Shown: positions 10,136 through 20,502, counted from the first letter of the stretch. The stretch: DNA of 64,000 nucleotides from an uncultured Acidobacteriota bacterium (GCA_963796275.1 CAWCKY010000001.1:640001-704000); one strand, 5' to 3'. Made by a program: numbers and translations. Notes: generated by a model from the sequence alone, not told the origin.

Positions 10136-11920
10136 TCAGAAGATATATCCGCCCGCCTCGACCACTTTATCCGCCAGACGCTCGCGGATTGCTGCGGTAT
10201 TTACCGGCTCCTGCTTCGTGAAACGTCGCAGCGCGGCCAGCATCGTGCGCAGTTCGTCGCCATCGGCGATCGCCGCCAGCGCATTTTTCGAAGCGACTTC
10301 GATGCGATTGATCGCATCGTGAGTATAGAGCCTCGTCGCATCGATCGCTGACTGGTGCTTCGCTTCGCCATCGCGCGCAATGAGCTTGGCCGTCCGCCCG
10401 ATTATGCTGTCGACCAGGAAGGCTTCGATGATTACGTCCGCGGTCCAGCTGAGAATCATCTGCTGCTCGGACAGCTTTTCCTGGAACTTCTGCGCCGCCG
10501 AGCCGAGCAGCATCAGCGCGATCTTCTTTGCGTTAGCCGCGAGCTTGCGCTCATTCGCCAGCGGCGAATCGTCCTCGTCGAGATCGAATGAGGGGCCGGC
10601 GAGCAGTTCATCCTGGAGTTTCATCGCGGCGGCGAAGAGCGGCAGCCCTCCCTTCATCGCACGCTTGAGCAACTGTCCTGGAATCAAGAGACGATTGATT
10701 TCGTTGGTCCCTTCGTAAATGCGGTTGACGCGGCAATCGCGATAGACTCCCTCGGCTGGATAGTCTTCGGTGAACCCATTGCCGCCGTGAATCTGCACGT
10801 TTTCGTCGGCGCAGTAGAAAAGAATTTCGGTTCCGGCGACCTTGATGATCGAACACTCGATCGCGTATTCCTCGATCGCTTTCATCAGCTCCTTCGGGTT
10901 CTTCTTGTCGATCGTCTCCTCTTTGGCCTCGATCATGCCGGCTGTGCGGTAGACGGCCGATTCACAGGCGTAAATTTTTGCCACCATCTCAGCGAGCTTG
11001 TACTTGATCGCGCCGAAGCTCGCGATCGGTCGCCCGAATTGGTGCCGTTCGACAGCATACTTTGCCGATTGAGTGAGCACTCGCTTGGAGCCGCCGATCG
11101 AGCCGGCGCCCATTTTGATGCGGCCATAGTTGAGCACGTTGAATGCGATCAGATGGCCCTTCCCGATTTCACCGAGCAGTCGGTCTTTCGGTATCCTGGC
11201 ATCCTGCATGAGAATCGGCGTCGTCGATGATCCGCGCTGCCCGAGTTTGTGCTCCTCGTTGCCGGGGCTGACTCCCGGATCGGTCCTTTCGACTATGAAA
11301 CCGGAGAACTTGTCTCCATCGACTTTCGCGAAGATCGTGAGCACGTCGGCAAATCCGCCGTTTGTAATCCACATCTTTTCGCCGTTGAGTATCCAGTGTT
11401 TCCCGTCTTCGCTCAGGCGTGCGGTCGATTTGGCTGCCAGAGCGTCCGAACCCGACCCTGATTCACTCAAACAATACGCGCCGATCCATTCGGCCGAGCC
11501 GATCTTCGGCAGATATTTCTGTTTTTGTTCATCAGTCCCGAAAAGGACGATGGGCAGCAGGCCGATGCTGCTGGTTGCGCCGAAGCCCGTCGAGAACGAG
11601 GCCTCGCCGGACATATGCTCGGCAATGAGCATATTTGAGACGTGGTCGAGGTCGAGTCCGCCGTACGCTTCCGGGATGCTGGCGTTGATCAGTCCGAGAT
11701 CGGCGCCCCTTTTGATTAAACCGCGCTGGATTTCGTAATCCTTGGTTTCAATCGCATCGCGCTGAGGGATGATCTCTTTCTCGATGAACTCATGCGTCGT
11801 TTGCGCAATCATCTTCTGTTCATCGGTGAAATCTTCCGGTGAAAATACATGCGTGGGCAGTGTTTCGGAAAGCAGAAAGCCGCCCCCTCTGATTACCTCT
11901 TTTTCAAGTGCTGCTGCCAT
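10136..11920 (-). CDS. fadE: Acyl-CoA dehydrogenase (Bacillus FadE-like)
   Basis: YCLSESGSGSD, NGEKMWITN, QIHGGNGF, RIYEGTNEINR; 594 aa. Confidence 0.92.
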   Translation of the reverse strand: MAAALEKEVIRGGGFLLSETLPTHVFSPEDFTDEQKMIAQTTHEFIEKEIIPQRDAIETKDYEIQRGLIKRGADLGLINASIPEAYGGLDLDHVSNMLIAEHMSGEASFSTGFGATSSIGLLPIVLFGTDEQKQKYLPKIGSAEWIGAYCLSESGSGSDALAAKSTARLSEDGKHWILNGEKMWITNGGFADVLTIFAKVDGDKFSGFIVERTDPGVSPGNEEHKLGQRGSSTTPILMQDARIPKDRLLGEIGKGHLIAFNVLNYGRIKMGAGSIGGSKRVLTQSAKYAVERHQFGRPIASFGAIKYKLAEMVAKIYACESAVYRTAGMIEAKEETIDKKNPKELMKAIEEYAIECSIIKVAGTEILFYCADENVQIHGGNGFTEDYPAEGVYRDCRVNRIYEGTNEINRLLIPGQLLKRAMKGGLPLFAAAMKLQDELLAGPSFDLDEDDSPLANERKLAANAKKIALMLLGSAAQKFQEKLSEQQMILSWTADVIIEAFLVDSIIGRTAKLIARDGEAKHQSAIDATRLYTHDAINRIEVASKNALAAIADGDELRTMLAALRRFTKQEPVNTAAIRERLADKVVEAGGYIF

Positions 11921-11935
11921 ATTTTATGCTTCCTT

Positions 11936-13132
11936 TCATCTCATCAAATTTTCAAATATTCCTGCTGCGCCCATACCGCCGCCGACGCACATAGTGACCA
12001 GGCCGTAGCGCGCCTTCCGACGCTTCATCTCGTAAAGCAGCGTCGCGGTCAGCTTCGCTCCAGTGCAACCGAGCGGATGGCCCAGAGCGACTGCGCCACC
12101 GTTGACGTTCAATCGCTCGAGATCTAGGTTGAGTTCTTTGATCACCGAGAGCGCCTGTACGGCGAATGCTTCGTTGAGCTCGATCAGGTCGATGTCCTCG
12201 AGCTTGAGACCTGCTACCTTGAGTGCCTTCGGGATAGCGAGGACGGGACCGATTCCCATTTCTTCGGGCGATACTCCTGCGGTCGCGAATGCCACGAAAC
12301 GGGCCATCGGCTTCAGTCCGAGCTTCTCTGCCCGTTCGCGCGACATGATGAGCGCCGCTGCACCCCCGTCTGAGGTTTGCGATGAGTTTCCCGCTGTCAC
12401 CGTACCTTTAACATGGAATGCGGGTTTGATCTTCGCCAGTCCTTCCAGCGAAGTATCGCGTCGCACCCCTTCATCGACCTCAAATACGGTCTCCTTTGTG
12501 CGGATTTTCCCGCGGCCCTTCTCGTCCGTCTCTAGCTCGCGCGTGACGACCGAAACCGGCACTATCTCATCTCTGAATATCTTTCCATCGATCGCGGCCG
12601 CCGCATTGCGGTGAGAGCGAACCGAAAATTCGTCGGCCTGCTCGCGCGTGACGCCGTATTTGCGGGCGAGATTTTCGGCCGTCAACCCCATGTTTAGATA
12701 AGTATCCGGATAGGTCTCCACGAGCGTGGGGTTCGGCGAAAGATTGTGTCCGCCCATCGGAAGCATCGACATGGATTCGGCGCCTCCACCGATAGCGACT
12801 TCGGAAAAGCCGCACATGATGTGTTCGGCGGCCTGAGCGATCGCCTGCAGACCCGATGAACAGAAACGATTGATTGTAATGGCAGACGATGAATTGGGCA
12901 GACCCGCGAGAAGCGCCGCTTGGCGCGCCATATTCATCCCCTGTTGAGCTTCGGGTGTGGCGCATCCGATGACGACGTCTTCGACATCGGCCGGTTTCAC
13001 CTCCGGCGTGCGCGACATGAGCTCTTTGATGACGTTGGCCACCAGATCGTCCGGCCGCATGTCTTTGAGCGAGCCGCGAGGCGCCTTGCCGATGGCAGTA
13101 CGTAATGCATTGATTATTACTACTTCACGCAT
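11936..13132 (-). CDS. fadA: Acetyl-CoA C-acyltransferase (thiolase)
   Basis: [25 protein letters not shown]. Confidence 0.95.
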   Translation of the reverse strand: MREVVIINALRTAIGKAPRGSLKDMRPDDLVANVIKELMSRTPEVKPADVEDVVIGCATPEAQQGMNMARQAALLAGLPNSSSAITINRFCSSGLQAIAQAAEHIMCGFSEVAIGGGAESMSMLPMGGHNLSPNPTLVETYPDTYLNMGLTAENLARKYGVTREQADEFSVRSHRNAAAAIDGKIFRDEIVPVSVVTRELETDEKGRGKIRTKETVFEVDEGVRRDTSLEGLAKIKPAFHVKGTVTAGNSSQTSDGGAAALIMSRERAEKLGLKPMARFVAFATAGVSPEEMGIGPVLAIPKALKVAGLKLEDIDLIELNEAFAVQALSVIKELNLDLERLNVNGGAVALGHPLGCTGAKLTATLLYEMKRRKARYGLVTMCVGGGMGAAGIFENLMR

Positions 13133-13150
13133 GATGTGTCTCCTCTGATT

Positions 13151-13196
13151 ATAGTTTTCAGTCGTTCGGTCCCAACAACTGGAAACTGAAAACTAT
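13151..13196. repeat. Heptamer-type inverted repeat ATAGTTTTCAGT / ACTGAAAACTAT
   Basis: Perfect 12-bp arms in the fadN-fadA spacer; same unit as at 6905, 15613 and 52784. Confidence 0.75.
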
Positions 13197-13197
13197 T

Positions 13198-15588
13198 TTA
13201 ATTCCTCAGGGGCTTACCAGTCTTGAGCAAATGAGCCAGACGCTCCTGCGTCGCCTTAGTGCCGCAGAGGCTGACGAAAGCTTCGCGTTCGAGGTCGAGC
13301 AGATACGCTTCAGATACGCGCGTCGGGCGAGTCAGGTTGCCCCCGCTCATGACATTGGCGATCTTCGTCCCGATCAACGCGTCGTGATCGGAGATATAAC
13401 CGCCGCGCTTCATCATATGAATCCCTAGCTTGAACTTCGTCAGAGCAGCCTCGCCCAGCACCAGCACGTCCTGCTTCGGTTGAGGCGGGACATAGCCTTC
13501 GCGCACAAGTCTGAGCACAGTCTGTTTGGCCTCTTCGATGACGCGCCTGTCGTTCATCACGATGCGGTCCCCCTTACGGAGCAGGCCCCAGTGCCTGGCC
13601 TCGACCGCGCTCGTGGCAACTTTGCCCATCGCCGTCATCTCGAAGTTGCGCTTGAGGATTTCGAACTGGTCGAGCGATGGAATATCTTCGATCGCCTCAA
13701 ATGCGCGGACGGCCATCTCTTTTGTTCCCCCTCCGCCAGGTATGAGGCCGACGCCGACCTCTACCAGGCCGATGTAAGTCTCGGCCGCTGCAACGGCTCG
13801 GTCGGCGTGCAGCACCATCTCACAGCCGCCTCCGAGCGTCAGATGGTGCGGGGCAACAACGACCGGCCTGGGCGAATAGCGGAGGCTCATCGTCGTATTC
13901 TGGAATTGGCGGACTGCCAGCGCGAGCTCGTCCCATTCGCCTTCCTGTGCAGCGAGCAGGATCATCATAATGTTGGCGCCAGCGGAAAAATTCTCGCCCT
14001 GATTCCCGATGACCAGGCCGGCGAAATTTTTCTCGACCTCTTTGATGGCGAACTGGATCATCCCGATCTGATCCTGACCGAGAGCGTTCATCTTCGAATG
14101 GAACTCGACGCAGGCCACGCCATCGCCGAGGTCGACCAGGCTAGCCCCGGCATTCTTCTTGATGACTCTGTCCCGGTCCTTGAGCGATTTCAGCAGCGTG
14201 ATGCCGGCGGGTTGTCGTTCAGGTTTGTATTTTCCCGACGCGAAATCGAAGTAATAACGTGCGCCGTCATCGACCTTATAAAAACTTTTGTGCCCCGCCG
14301 CGAGCATCTTCGCGACATTGCCCGGGATCGTGCGTCCCTCCTCGCGCATCCGCGCGACCGACTCTTCGACCCCGATGGCATCCCAGGTTTCGAAGACGCC
14401 GAGCTCGTGGGCGAAGCCCCACTTCATAGCATTGTCGACTTCCACGATGTTGTCGGCGATCTCGGGAATGCGGTTGGCGGAATAGATCAGAGACTCCGAC
14501 GTCGTGCGCCACAAAAACTCGCCGGCGCGGTCCTTCGCGTAAACCAGCGTCTTCAAGCGGTCGGGCAGCTTATCGATCTGCTTCGCCGCATCGAGGGAGG
14601 CGAACTTGGGTTTTTGGCGTTCTCGGTATTCGAAGGTATTGAGGTCGAGCGTCTGAATATCACTGCCGACTTTTCTGAAGAAGCCGCCCTTGGTCTTTTC
14701 GCCCAACAACTTCTTATCGACCATCTTCTGTATCACGTCGGGTAGCCGGAAGGTCTCACGCTTCTCGTCGTTTGTCGATGCCTCGGACAGGTTCTTCGCG
14801 ACGTGGGCGAATGTATCGAGCCCGACGATATCGAGAGTACGGAAAGAAGCGCTCTTGGCGTGGCCGATAACCGGCCCGGTCAACGCATCGACCTCCTCGA
14901 TCGTGTAGCCGCTCTCGAGCATGACTTTGATCGCATCGAGCATCGAGAATGTCCCGATCCGGTTGCCGATGAAGTTCGGCGTGTCTTTGGCATAAACGAT
15001 GCCTTTGCCCAGGGTTTTATCGCAGAAATCGGCGATGAAATCCGAAACCTCCTTATCGGTTTCTTGTGTCGTGATCATCTCGAGCAGATATAGGTAACGC
15101 GGCGGATTGAAGAAGTGCGTTCCCAGGAAACGTTTGCGGAAACGGTCGCCGCGGCCCTCGATCAACGAGGCGATGGGGATGCCCGAGGTATTCGAGCTGA
15201 TGATCGCGTTCGCATGCAAGTGCGGTTCGATGCGTTCATAGAGCGAGCGTTTGATGTTGAGGTTTTCGATAATCGCTTCGATGACCCAATCGCATTCTTT
15301 AAGCTTCGCCAGATCATCTTCCAAATTGCCGGCTGTGACGAGGCTTGCCGCCTCGGATGAAAAGAACGCCGCAGGTTTGGCCTTAGTTGCGTTCTCGAGC
15401 CCAGACTGCGCGATACGGTTGCGCACGCCCCGCGATTCGAGCGTCAATCCCCGGGCCGCTTCTTCCGGCGTCGGTTGTTGCGGGACGATGTCGAGCAGCA
15501 ATGAAGGAATTCCGGCGTTGGCCAGATGTGCGGCGATCTGGGCGCCCATCACTCCCGAACCGAGCACCGCTGCTTTCTTGATCTGCAT
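13198..15588 (-). CDS. fadN: 3-hydroxyacyl-CoA dehydrogenase / enoyl-CoA hydratase fusion (FadN-like)
   Basis: GSGVMG, HFFNPPRY, PNFIGNRIG; C-terminal crotonase FSAGAN..GGGCE; ends KPLRN. Confidence 0.92.
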   Translation of the reverse strand: MQIKKAAVLGSGVMGAQIAAHLANAGIPSLLLDIVPQQPTPEEAARGLTLESRGVRNRIAQSGLENATKAKPAAFFSSEAASLVTAGNLEDDLAKLKECDWVIEAIIENLNIKRSLYERIEPHLHANAIISSNTSGIPIASLIEGRGDRFRKRFLGTHFFNPPRYLYLLEMITTQETDKEVSDFIADFCDKTLGKGIVYAKDTPNFIGNRIGTFSMLDAIKVMLESGYTIEEVDALTGPVIGHAKSASFRTLDIVGLDTFAHVAKNLSEASTNDEKRETFRLPDVIQKMVDKKLLGEKTKGGFFRKVGSDIQTLDLNTFEYRERQKPKFASLDAAKQIDKLPDRLKTLVYAKDRAGEFLWRTTSESLIYSANRIPEIADNIVEVDNAMKWGFAHELGVFETWDAIGVEESVARMREEGRTIPGNVAKMLAAGHKSFYKVDDGARYYFDFASGKYKPERQPAGITLLKSLKDRDRVIKKNAGASLVDLGDGVACVEFHSKMNALGQDQIGMIQFAIKEVEKNFAGLVIGNQGENFSAGANIMMILLAAQEGEWDELALAVRQFQNTTMSLRYSPRPVVVAPHHLTLGGGCEMVLHADRAVAAAETYIGLVEVGVGLIPGGGGTKEMAVRAFEAIEDIPSLDQFEILKRNFEMTAMGKVATSAVEARHWGLLRKGDRIVMNDRRVIEEAKQTVLRLVREGYVPPQPKQDVLVLGEAALTKFKLGIHMMKRGGYISDHDALIGTKIANVMSGGNLTRPTRVSEAYLLDLEREAFVSLCGTKATQERLAHLLKTGKPLRN

Positions 15589-15612
15589 AGATGATTGTTC
15601 TCCTTCGGAGAA

Positions 15613-15710
15613 CAGTTTTCAGTTTTCAGTTATCAGTTTTCAGTTGTCAGCGCCAATAACGACAAACTGGCAATAACAACTTAAAACTTAAAACTTAAAA
15701 CTTAAAACTG
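15613..15710. repeat. Inverted heptamer arrays, (CAGTTTT)x~5 ... (AAAACTT)x~4
   Basis: cagttttcagttttcagttatcagttttcagtt ... aacttaaaacttaaaacttaaaacttaaaactg. Confidence 0.9.
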
Positions 15711-15711
15711 C

Positions 15712-16404
15712 TCAATAATTTGTCAAAATATTCTCGGATGGAAATCCGAGATTCTGTAACCGATCGCGCGTCTGGTCGACCATCTCATTCGACCCCGCGA
15801 CGAGGGCGACAGGTTCTTGCAACCCGGGTATCAAATTGTCGAGCAGGCTTTGCACATAACCCGTAGGACCGCCCCAATCGGTCTCCCCCGGGCGGCTGAT
15901 GACCTGACGCAGCTCGATCCTGCTCTCGCTCCATTCTGTTGCCATCTCTTGCGCAAAGCAGAAATCTTCAACCGTACGTACGCCGTAGAGCACGATCAGC
16001 CGGCCGTACTCAACGCGCGATAACAGGATGTGGCGCAATGCTGAACGCAGCGGAGCAACTCCCGTGCCCATCGCTATGAAGACGAGATCGCGTCCCCTGT
16101 GTTCTTCTACCGGAAAGCCTCTACCGACGATATCCTTCAGCTTCACTTGTTTGGCGATGTGTGGATCGAAGAGCGCACCGGTGACGTTACCCGATTGACT
16201 GCGTTTGATCAAAAACTCATATTCGTTTTCTTCAGGCGCAGACGCGAAAGCGATGTATGTCGGGCGGCAATCGGCCATCTCGAGAACCGCGATCTGTCCG
16301 GCCGTGAAACTCGGGCGCTCCGCATTCTGCGGCACCATGAAGAAACTCCATACATTGGGCGTATGTTTATTGACACGGGTGATACTCAGGTTAATCGGAT
16401 TCAT
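15712..16404 (-). CDS. Ferredoxin-NADP reductase-like FAD/NAD(P)-binding oxidoreductase
   Basis: FTAGQ, AMGTGVAPLRS, YGVR, GYVQ; overlaps the lcfA stop by 4 nt. Confidence 0.85.
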   Translation of the reverse strand: MNPINLSITRVNKHTPNVWSFFMVPQNAERPSFTAGQIAVLEMADCRPTYIAFASAPEENEYEFLIKRSQSGNVTGALFDPHIAKQVKLKDIVGRGFPVEEHRGRDLVFIAMGTGVAPLRSALRHILLSRVEYGRLIVLYGVRTVEDFCFAQEMATEWSESRIELRQVISRPGETDWGGPTGYVQSLLDNLIPGLQEPVALVAGSNEMVDQTRDRLQNLGFPSENILTNY

Positions 16405-18236
16405 TGTTTTGTCGTGTAATGCGATTCTTTCTCAGCGTAAAGCTGATCGATCGATTTCTTGTACTTATCTACGACGACGCGGCGCTTAACCTTTAGCGTC
16501 GGCGTCAATTCGCCGCTTTCCACAGTCATCTCGCGATCGAGCAGTAAGACGGCTTTGACCTTCTCATAATGCGAAAAATCACCGGTGCATTTATCGACCT
16601 CATTTTCGATCATATTGATGACCTTAGGATTCTTGAGCAGGTCAGCTCCATCGCCGTCCGCGATTCCGATCTGTGTGGCATAGACCCGAAGCGCATCCAT
16701 CTGCGGCACGATCAATGCCGCCGGGAATTTGCGCTGATCTCCGATGACGACCACCTGGTTGACGAATCGGCTTCGCTTGATCGCGTTCTCGATGGGCTGC
16801 GGTGCGATATATTTACCACCGCTCGTTTTGAGCAGGTCTTTCTTGCGGTCGGTGATGAAGAGGAACCCATCAGCGTCGAGGTAACCGATATCGCCGGTAT
16901 GTAGCCAGATGCGCCCCTCTTTATCGGTTGTAAGCGCGCTCTTCGTCTCTTCATCACGGTTGAAGTAACCGAGCATGACGTTCGGGCCCGAGCAGAGAAT
17001 CTCGCCATCTTCCGCGATCTTAACCGCCACCCCTGATATGGCTTGGCCGACGGAGCCGATTCGATTCGCGGATGGACAGTTGGCTGTGATCGTGGGAGAG
17101 CTCTCCGTCAAGCCGTAGCCTTGATAGATGATGAGTCCGGCGCCGTAAAACGTAAGCCCCAGCTCCAGTGAAAGCGGAGCCCCTCCGGATGCCAGCGCGC
17201 GGATGCGGCCGCCCAGAGCGGCGCGCCACTTCGTGAAGACCAGCTTGTCGGCGATGCTATGCTTGAGCCGCAGGAACGCACCGGGTTCCTCCCCGCTCGT
17301 TACTACCCTCGCCCACTCTCTGCCCTGGAACACCGCCCAGCGCGCTATCGCGGCCTTGAGGCGGCCACCTTCCTCCGCTTTTTCCATCGCGCGCGCAAAT
17401 ATTTTTTCGAACAGCCGGGGCACGCTCGTCATAAACTGGGGACGCGCCTCGAGGAGGTCCTGAGCTACGGTATCTATGCTCTGGGCATAGAAGATCGAAA
17501 ACCTCTTGTAGAGGTACATGTAAATGGTGGTCCGTTCGAAGATATGCGAGAAGGGAAGAAAGCTGAGAGAGGTGTCGCCTTCTTGCAACTCCGCGATCTT
17601 CGCGTTGGCGAGCGCGTTCGATACCAGATTTTTATGCGTCAGCATAACGCCCTTGGGATCGCCGGTCGTGCCCGATGTATAGATCAAGGTCGCGATACTG
17701 TCATGCCGTACGGTTGCGCGTAGGGTCTCGTAAAGCTGCGGTTCGGATCGATCAACCTGCCGGCCCAATTCGATGAGGTCTTCAAAGTGTACAACTCTGT
17801 CAGTCGACGATTTGATCGCATCGAAGGCGACGATGACTCGCAGCCGCGGACAAGAAGCCAATGCTTCCCGCACGCGCTCGTATTGCGCTTGATTGGAAAT
17901 AAAGAGCACCTCGACGCTGGCGTCATTCAGGATATATGCGACCTGTTTCGGAGCCTGAGTAGAGTAGATCGGCACGTCGGCCGCGCCGCAGTTGAGGACG
18001 CCGAGGTCGGCTAACGTCCATTCAATGCGATTTTCGGAAAGTAAACCGACGTGATCGCCCGCGCGCACACCCAGATCATAAAGTCCCATCGTCACCAGCC
18101 GGACTTTGCCGTCGAGCTCGCGCGCGGAGACCTGATGCCATTTGCCATCGCGCTTGTAATTGATCAGATTAGGTTTGTCTCTCGCCACTGCGTGGCGGAA
18201 GAGATCGATTACCGTGGTGATTGAGTCACCCTGCAT
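16401..18236 (-). CDS. Long-chain fatty-acid--CoA ligase
   Basis: YTSGTTGDPKG, GYGLTE, HTGDIG, TPTLK; likely start MQGDS overlapping the TetR stop. Confidence 0.93.
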   Translation of the reverse strand: MQGDSITTVIDLFRHAVARDKPNLINYKRDGKWHQVSARELDGKVRLVTMGLYDLGVRAGDHVGLLSENRIEWTLADLGVLNCGAADVPIYSTQAPKQVAYILNDASVEVLFISNQAQYERVREALASCPRLRVIVAFDAIKSSTDRVVHFEDLIELGRQVDRSEPQLYETLRATVRHDSIATLIYTSGTTGDPKGVMLTHKNLVSNALANAKIAELQEGDTSLSFLPFSHIFERTTIYMYLYKRFSIFYAQSIDTVAQDLLEARPQFMTSVPRLFEKIFARAMEKAEEGGRLKAAIARWAVFQGREWARVVTSGEEPGAFLRLKHSIADKLVFTKWRAALGGRIRALASGGAPLSLELGLTFYGAGLIIYQGYGLTESSPTITANCPSANRIGSVGQAISGVAVKIAEDGEILCSGPNVMLGYFNRDEETKSALTTDKEGRIWLHTGDIGYLDADGFLFITDRKKDLLKTSGGKYIAPQPIENAIKRSRFVNQVVVIGDQRKFPAALIVPQMDALRVYATQIGIADGDGADLLKNPKVINMIENEVDKCTGDFSHYEKVKAVLLLDREMTVESGELTPTLKVKRRVVVDKYKKSIDQLYAEKESHYTTKQ

Positions 18237-18867
18237 GGCTTTCACAGACCCCATTAAAGAAGATATCGAGAACAGGCTCGACCATAGCGGTCAGACTGTG
18301 TTTTTTATGACTGAGCACCCAATTGGTAGCCATCTCGTCGAGCATGCCGAAGAGCGCCTTCGTGACTACTTTTGAATTGAGCTGCTTGCGGAAAAATCCC
18401 TGGCGCTGGCCATCTTCCACGATCTCGCGGAGCATCTGCAAGTATTCGGCCAGGTACGTGGTCGAAAATTGCTCCATAAATTTGGTCGATTGACGCAATT
18501 CGATTTGAAAGACGATTGCAATGTCGCGTTCCTGCTCGAGCAAAGAGAAGTGTAGATTGGCGAAGCGCCGGAGCTTCTCTCGCGGTTCGGTAGCATCCTG
18601 TATCTCGGCGCGCGCGCGCCGCAGGAACTCGCCCATCGCCCAACTGAAGATCGATGTCAGTAGATCGTCCTTATTCTTGAAGTATAGATAGACGGTGCCA
18701 TCCGCTACCCCCGCCGTTCGCGCCACGTCGGAGACTTTTGCATTGAAATATCCCGAGCGCGCGAATACCTTGGCTGCCGCAGCCAATATGGCTACGTATT
18801 TTTCATTGCGTAATTTTTCGTCGGGCACCTCGGCGCTGCGAGCAACCAGTTTGTTCTTCATTGGCAT
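18226..18867 (-). CDS. fadR: TetR-family fatty-acid degradation repressor (Bacillus FadR/YsiA-like)
   Basis: HTH AGVADGTVYLYFKNKDDLL; IVFQIELRQS and FGMLDEMATNW resemble YsiA; heads the fad cluster. Confidence 0.85.
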   Translation of the reverse strand: MPMKNKLVARSAEVPDEKLRNEKYVAILAAAAKVFARSGYFNAKVSDVARTAGVADGTVYLYFKNKDDLLTSIFSWAMGEFLRRARAEIQDATEPREKLRRFANLHFSLLEQERDIAIVFQIELRQSTKFMEQFSTTYLAEYLQMLREIVEDGQRQGFFRKQLNSKVVTKALFGMLDEMATNWVLSHKKHSLTAMVEPVLDIFFNGVCESHAG

Positions 18868-18891
18868 AGTCGGGGGATCGATGATTATTGT

Positions 18892-18909
18892 TGAATGAAC
18901 GCTCATTCA
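18892..18909. promoter_or_regulatory. FadR box TGAATGAACGCTCATTCA
   Basis: Palindrome matching the B. subtilis FadR box TGAATGAMTANTCATTCA in both half-sites, just downstream of a -10 element. Confidence 0.85.
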
Positions 18910-18917
18910 GTTGATAA

Positions 18918-18946
18918 ATCTTATCGGAAATCGCAGAAGCGAGCAA
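18918..18946 (-). promoter_or_regulatory. sigma70-type promoter of the fad operon (TTGCTC-N17-TAAGAT)
   Basis: Minus-strand hexamers with a 17-bp spacer, 8 bp upstream of the FadR box. Confidence 0.6.
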
Positions 18947-19039
18947 TACGATCTGAGGTCCCGGGGTTGATTCAGGATTGAAAAATTTGAGGCGCGCAAT
19001 TGAATGATGGGCATTCGCAATATCTTTGATATATTTTTC

Positions 19040-19165
19040 AAGAAGAAAACTTCAGGCAGAAATGCGACGGGCCTGCATGAAAGCTGGGAGCTAACATGCA
19101 GGCCCTTAATCCAACTCAGTTATTTGTTATTGCGGTGATCATAGCACTCTCGACGCGTAAGTCAA
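19040..19165 (-). ncRNA. Candidate small RNA with its own promoter and a long hairpin
   Basis: TTGACT-N16-TATGAT with extended -10 TG (19138-19165), then GGGCCTGCATG/CATGCAGGCCC stem (19069-19105) exposing CTCCC. Confidence 0.4.
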
Positions 19166-19297
19166 CTCACTTGACACAGGGTATATCATTAAATTGTAGC
19201 CTCATTCTTCCCGCTGACCTGCCCCCTTCGGTTTGCGACTCCACGGTAGTGTTGTAGGCTTCATATTGGATTCTATAAGAAAAAAACATCGCTCTCT

Positions 19298-20405
19298 ATG
19301 GGTATTCAAAGCAGTAACGAACCAAGGAAAATAGGTGTTGTCACAGGAGGCGGTGATTGCCCCGGTCTCAATGCTGTAGTCCGCGCCGTCGTCATCGGCG
19401 CGATCAATCGCAGATGGGAAGTCTACGGTATCGAACGCGGATTCGAAGGCTTGTTATCACCGAGTCGCGTACATCTGCTCAACACACACGACGTGCGGGG
19501 CATCATTCACACGGGCGGTACGATTCTGGGAACGACCAACCGCGGCAACCCATTCAAACTCAAAGTCGAAGAGCACGGTGAGACGAATATCTATCGATAT
19601 CTCGGACCAGGTCGTGGCGGCATTTCATCATCTCGGTCTCGATTCACTCATCGTCATCGGCGGAGATGGGACGCTCAAGATCGCCAGCGATCTGGCACAG
19701 AAGGGGATTTCGGTCATAGGCGTGCCGAAAACGATCGATAACGACATCATGGCCACCGAGATGACCTTCGGCTTCAGCACAGCGGTAACGACGGCGACGG
19801 ATGCCATCGATAAACTGCATGCCACGGCCGAATCGCACGAGCGCGTCATGATAGTCGAAGTCATGGGGCGCTATGCCGGATGGATCGCACTCTACTCGGG
19901 TGTGGCTGGGGGAGCGGACGTGATCCTGCTTCCCGAGATCCCATTCAATCTCGAATCGATAGCGCGCAAGCTGGACGATCGCTGGCGCCGCAAGCGCAAC
20001 TTCGCGATCATCGTCGCGGCAGAAGGTGCCCGCCCTGTCGGCGGCGAGATGATCTTTAAGGCATTCGAAGTAGGCCGTGAACCTCGGTTAGGTGGGATAG
20101 CAGACCGGCTGGCGGAAGACCTGCATCGGATCACCGGTTATGAAACGCGCTCTCTGGTTCTGGGCCATCTTCAGCGTGGCGGGCAACCGACCCCGGCCGA
20201 CCGTCTGCTCGCGACGCGATTCGGCGCCGCTGCCGTTCGCGCGATCGAATGCGGCGAACGAAATATGATGGTCGCCTACCAGTCTTCAACTATTATCACG
20301 GTCCCGCTCGAACGCGCGATCAACGAGATCAAATGCGTTCCGCTCGATCATGATTTAATCCAATCCGCGCGCGACCTCGGTATTTCGCTGGGCGACGAAA
20401 GATAA
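19298..20405 (+). CDS. pfkA: 6-phosphofructokinase (PfkA family), apparent frameshift near 19586
   Basis: TGGGDCPGLN and GGTILGT lie in one frame, IGGDGT, PKTIDND, EVMGR and GHLQRGG in the next; deleting one A joins them. Confidence 0.9.
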
Positions 20406-20502
20406 GCTTCAACAAAAAATTCAGCTGAAAGTCAGAAAGTCGGAATCAGAGAATTCTGAAGAGCTTTATGTAAACTAAGTTAATTGATGTTTAAATGGCG
20501 AT

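Noticed and set aside
13480-14745. 421-aa ORF on the + strand, and many similar long antisense ORFs
   Set aside because: It is the antisense shadow of fadN caused by GC-rich codon bias; no motifs or RBS.
15613-15710. Repeat arrays as a possible CRISPR
   Set aside because: The units are 7 nt and directly tandem, with no unique spacers and no cas genes.
19001-19017. TGAATGATGGGCATTCG as a second FadR box
   Set aside because: The spacer is one base short and the right half-site is imperfect.
19570-19600. Programmed ribosomal frameshift in pfkA
   Set aside because: No slippery heptamer or stimulatory structure; similar one-base indels elsewhere point to sequencing error.
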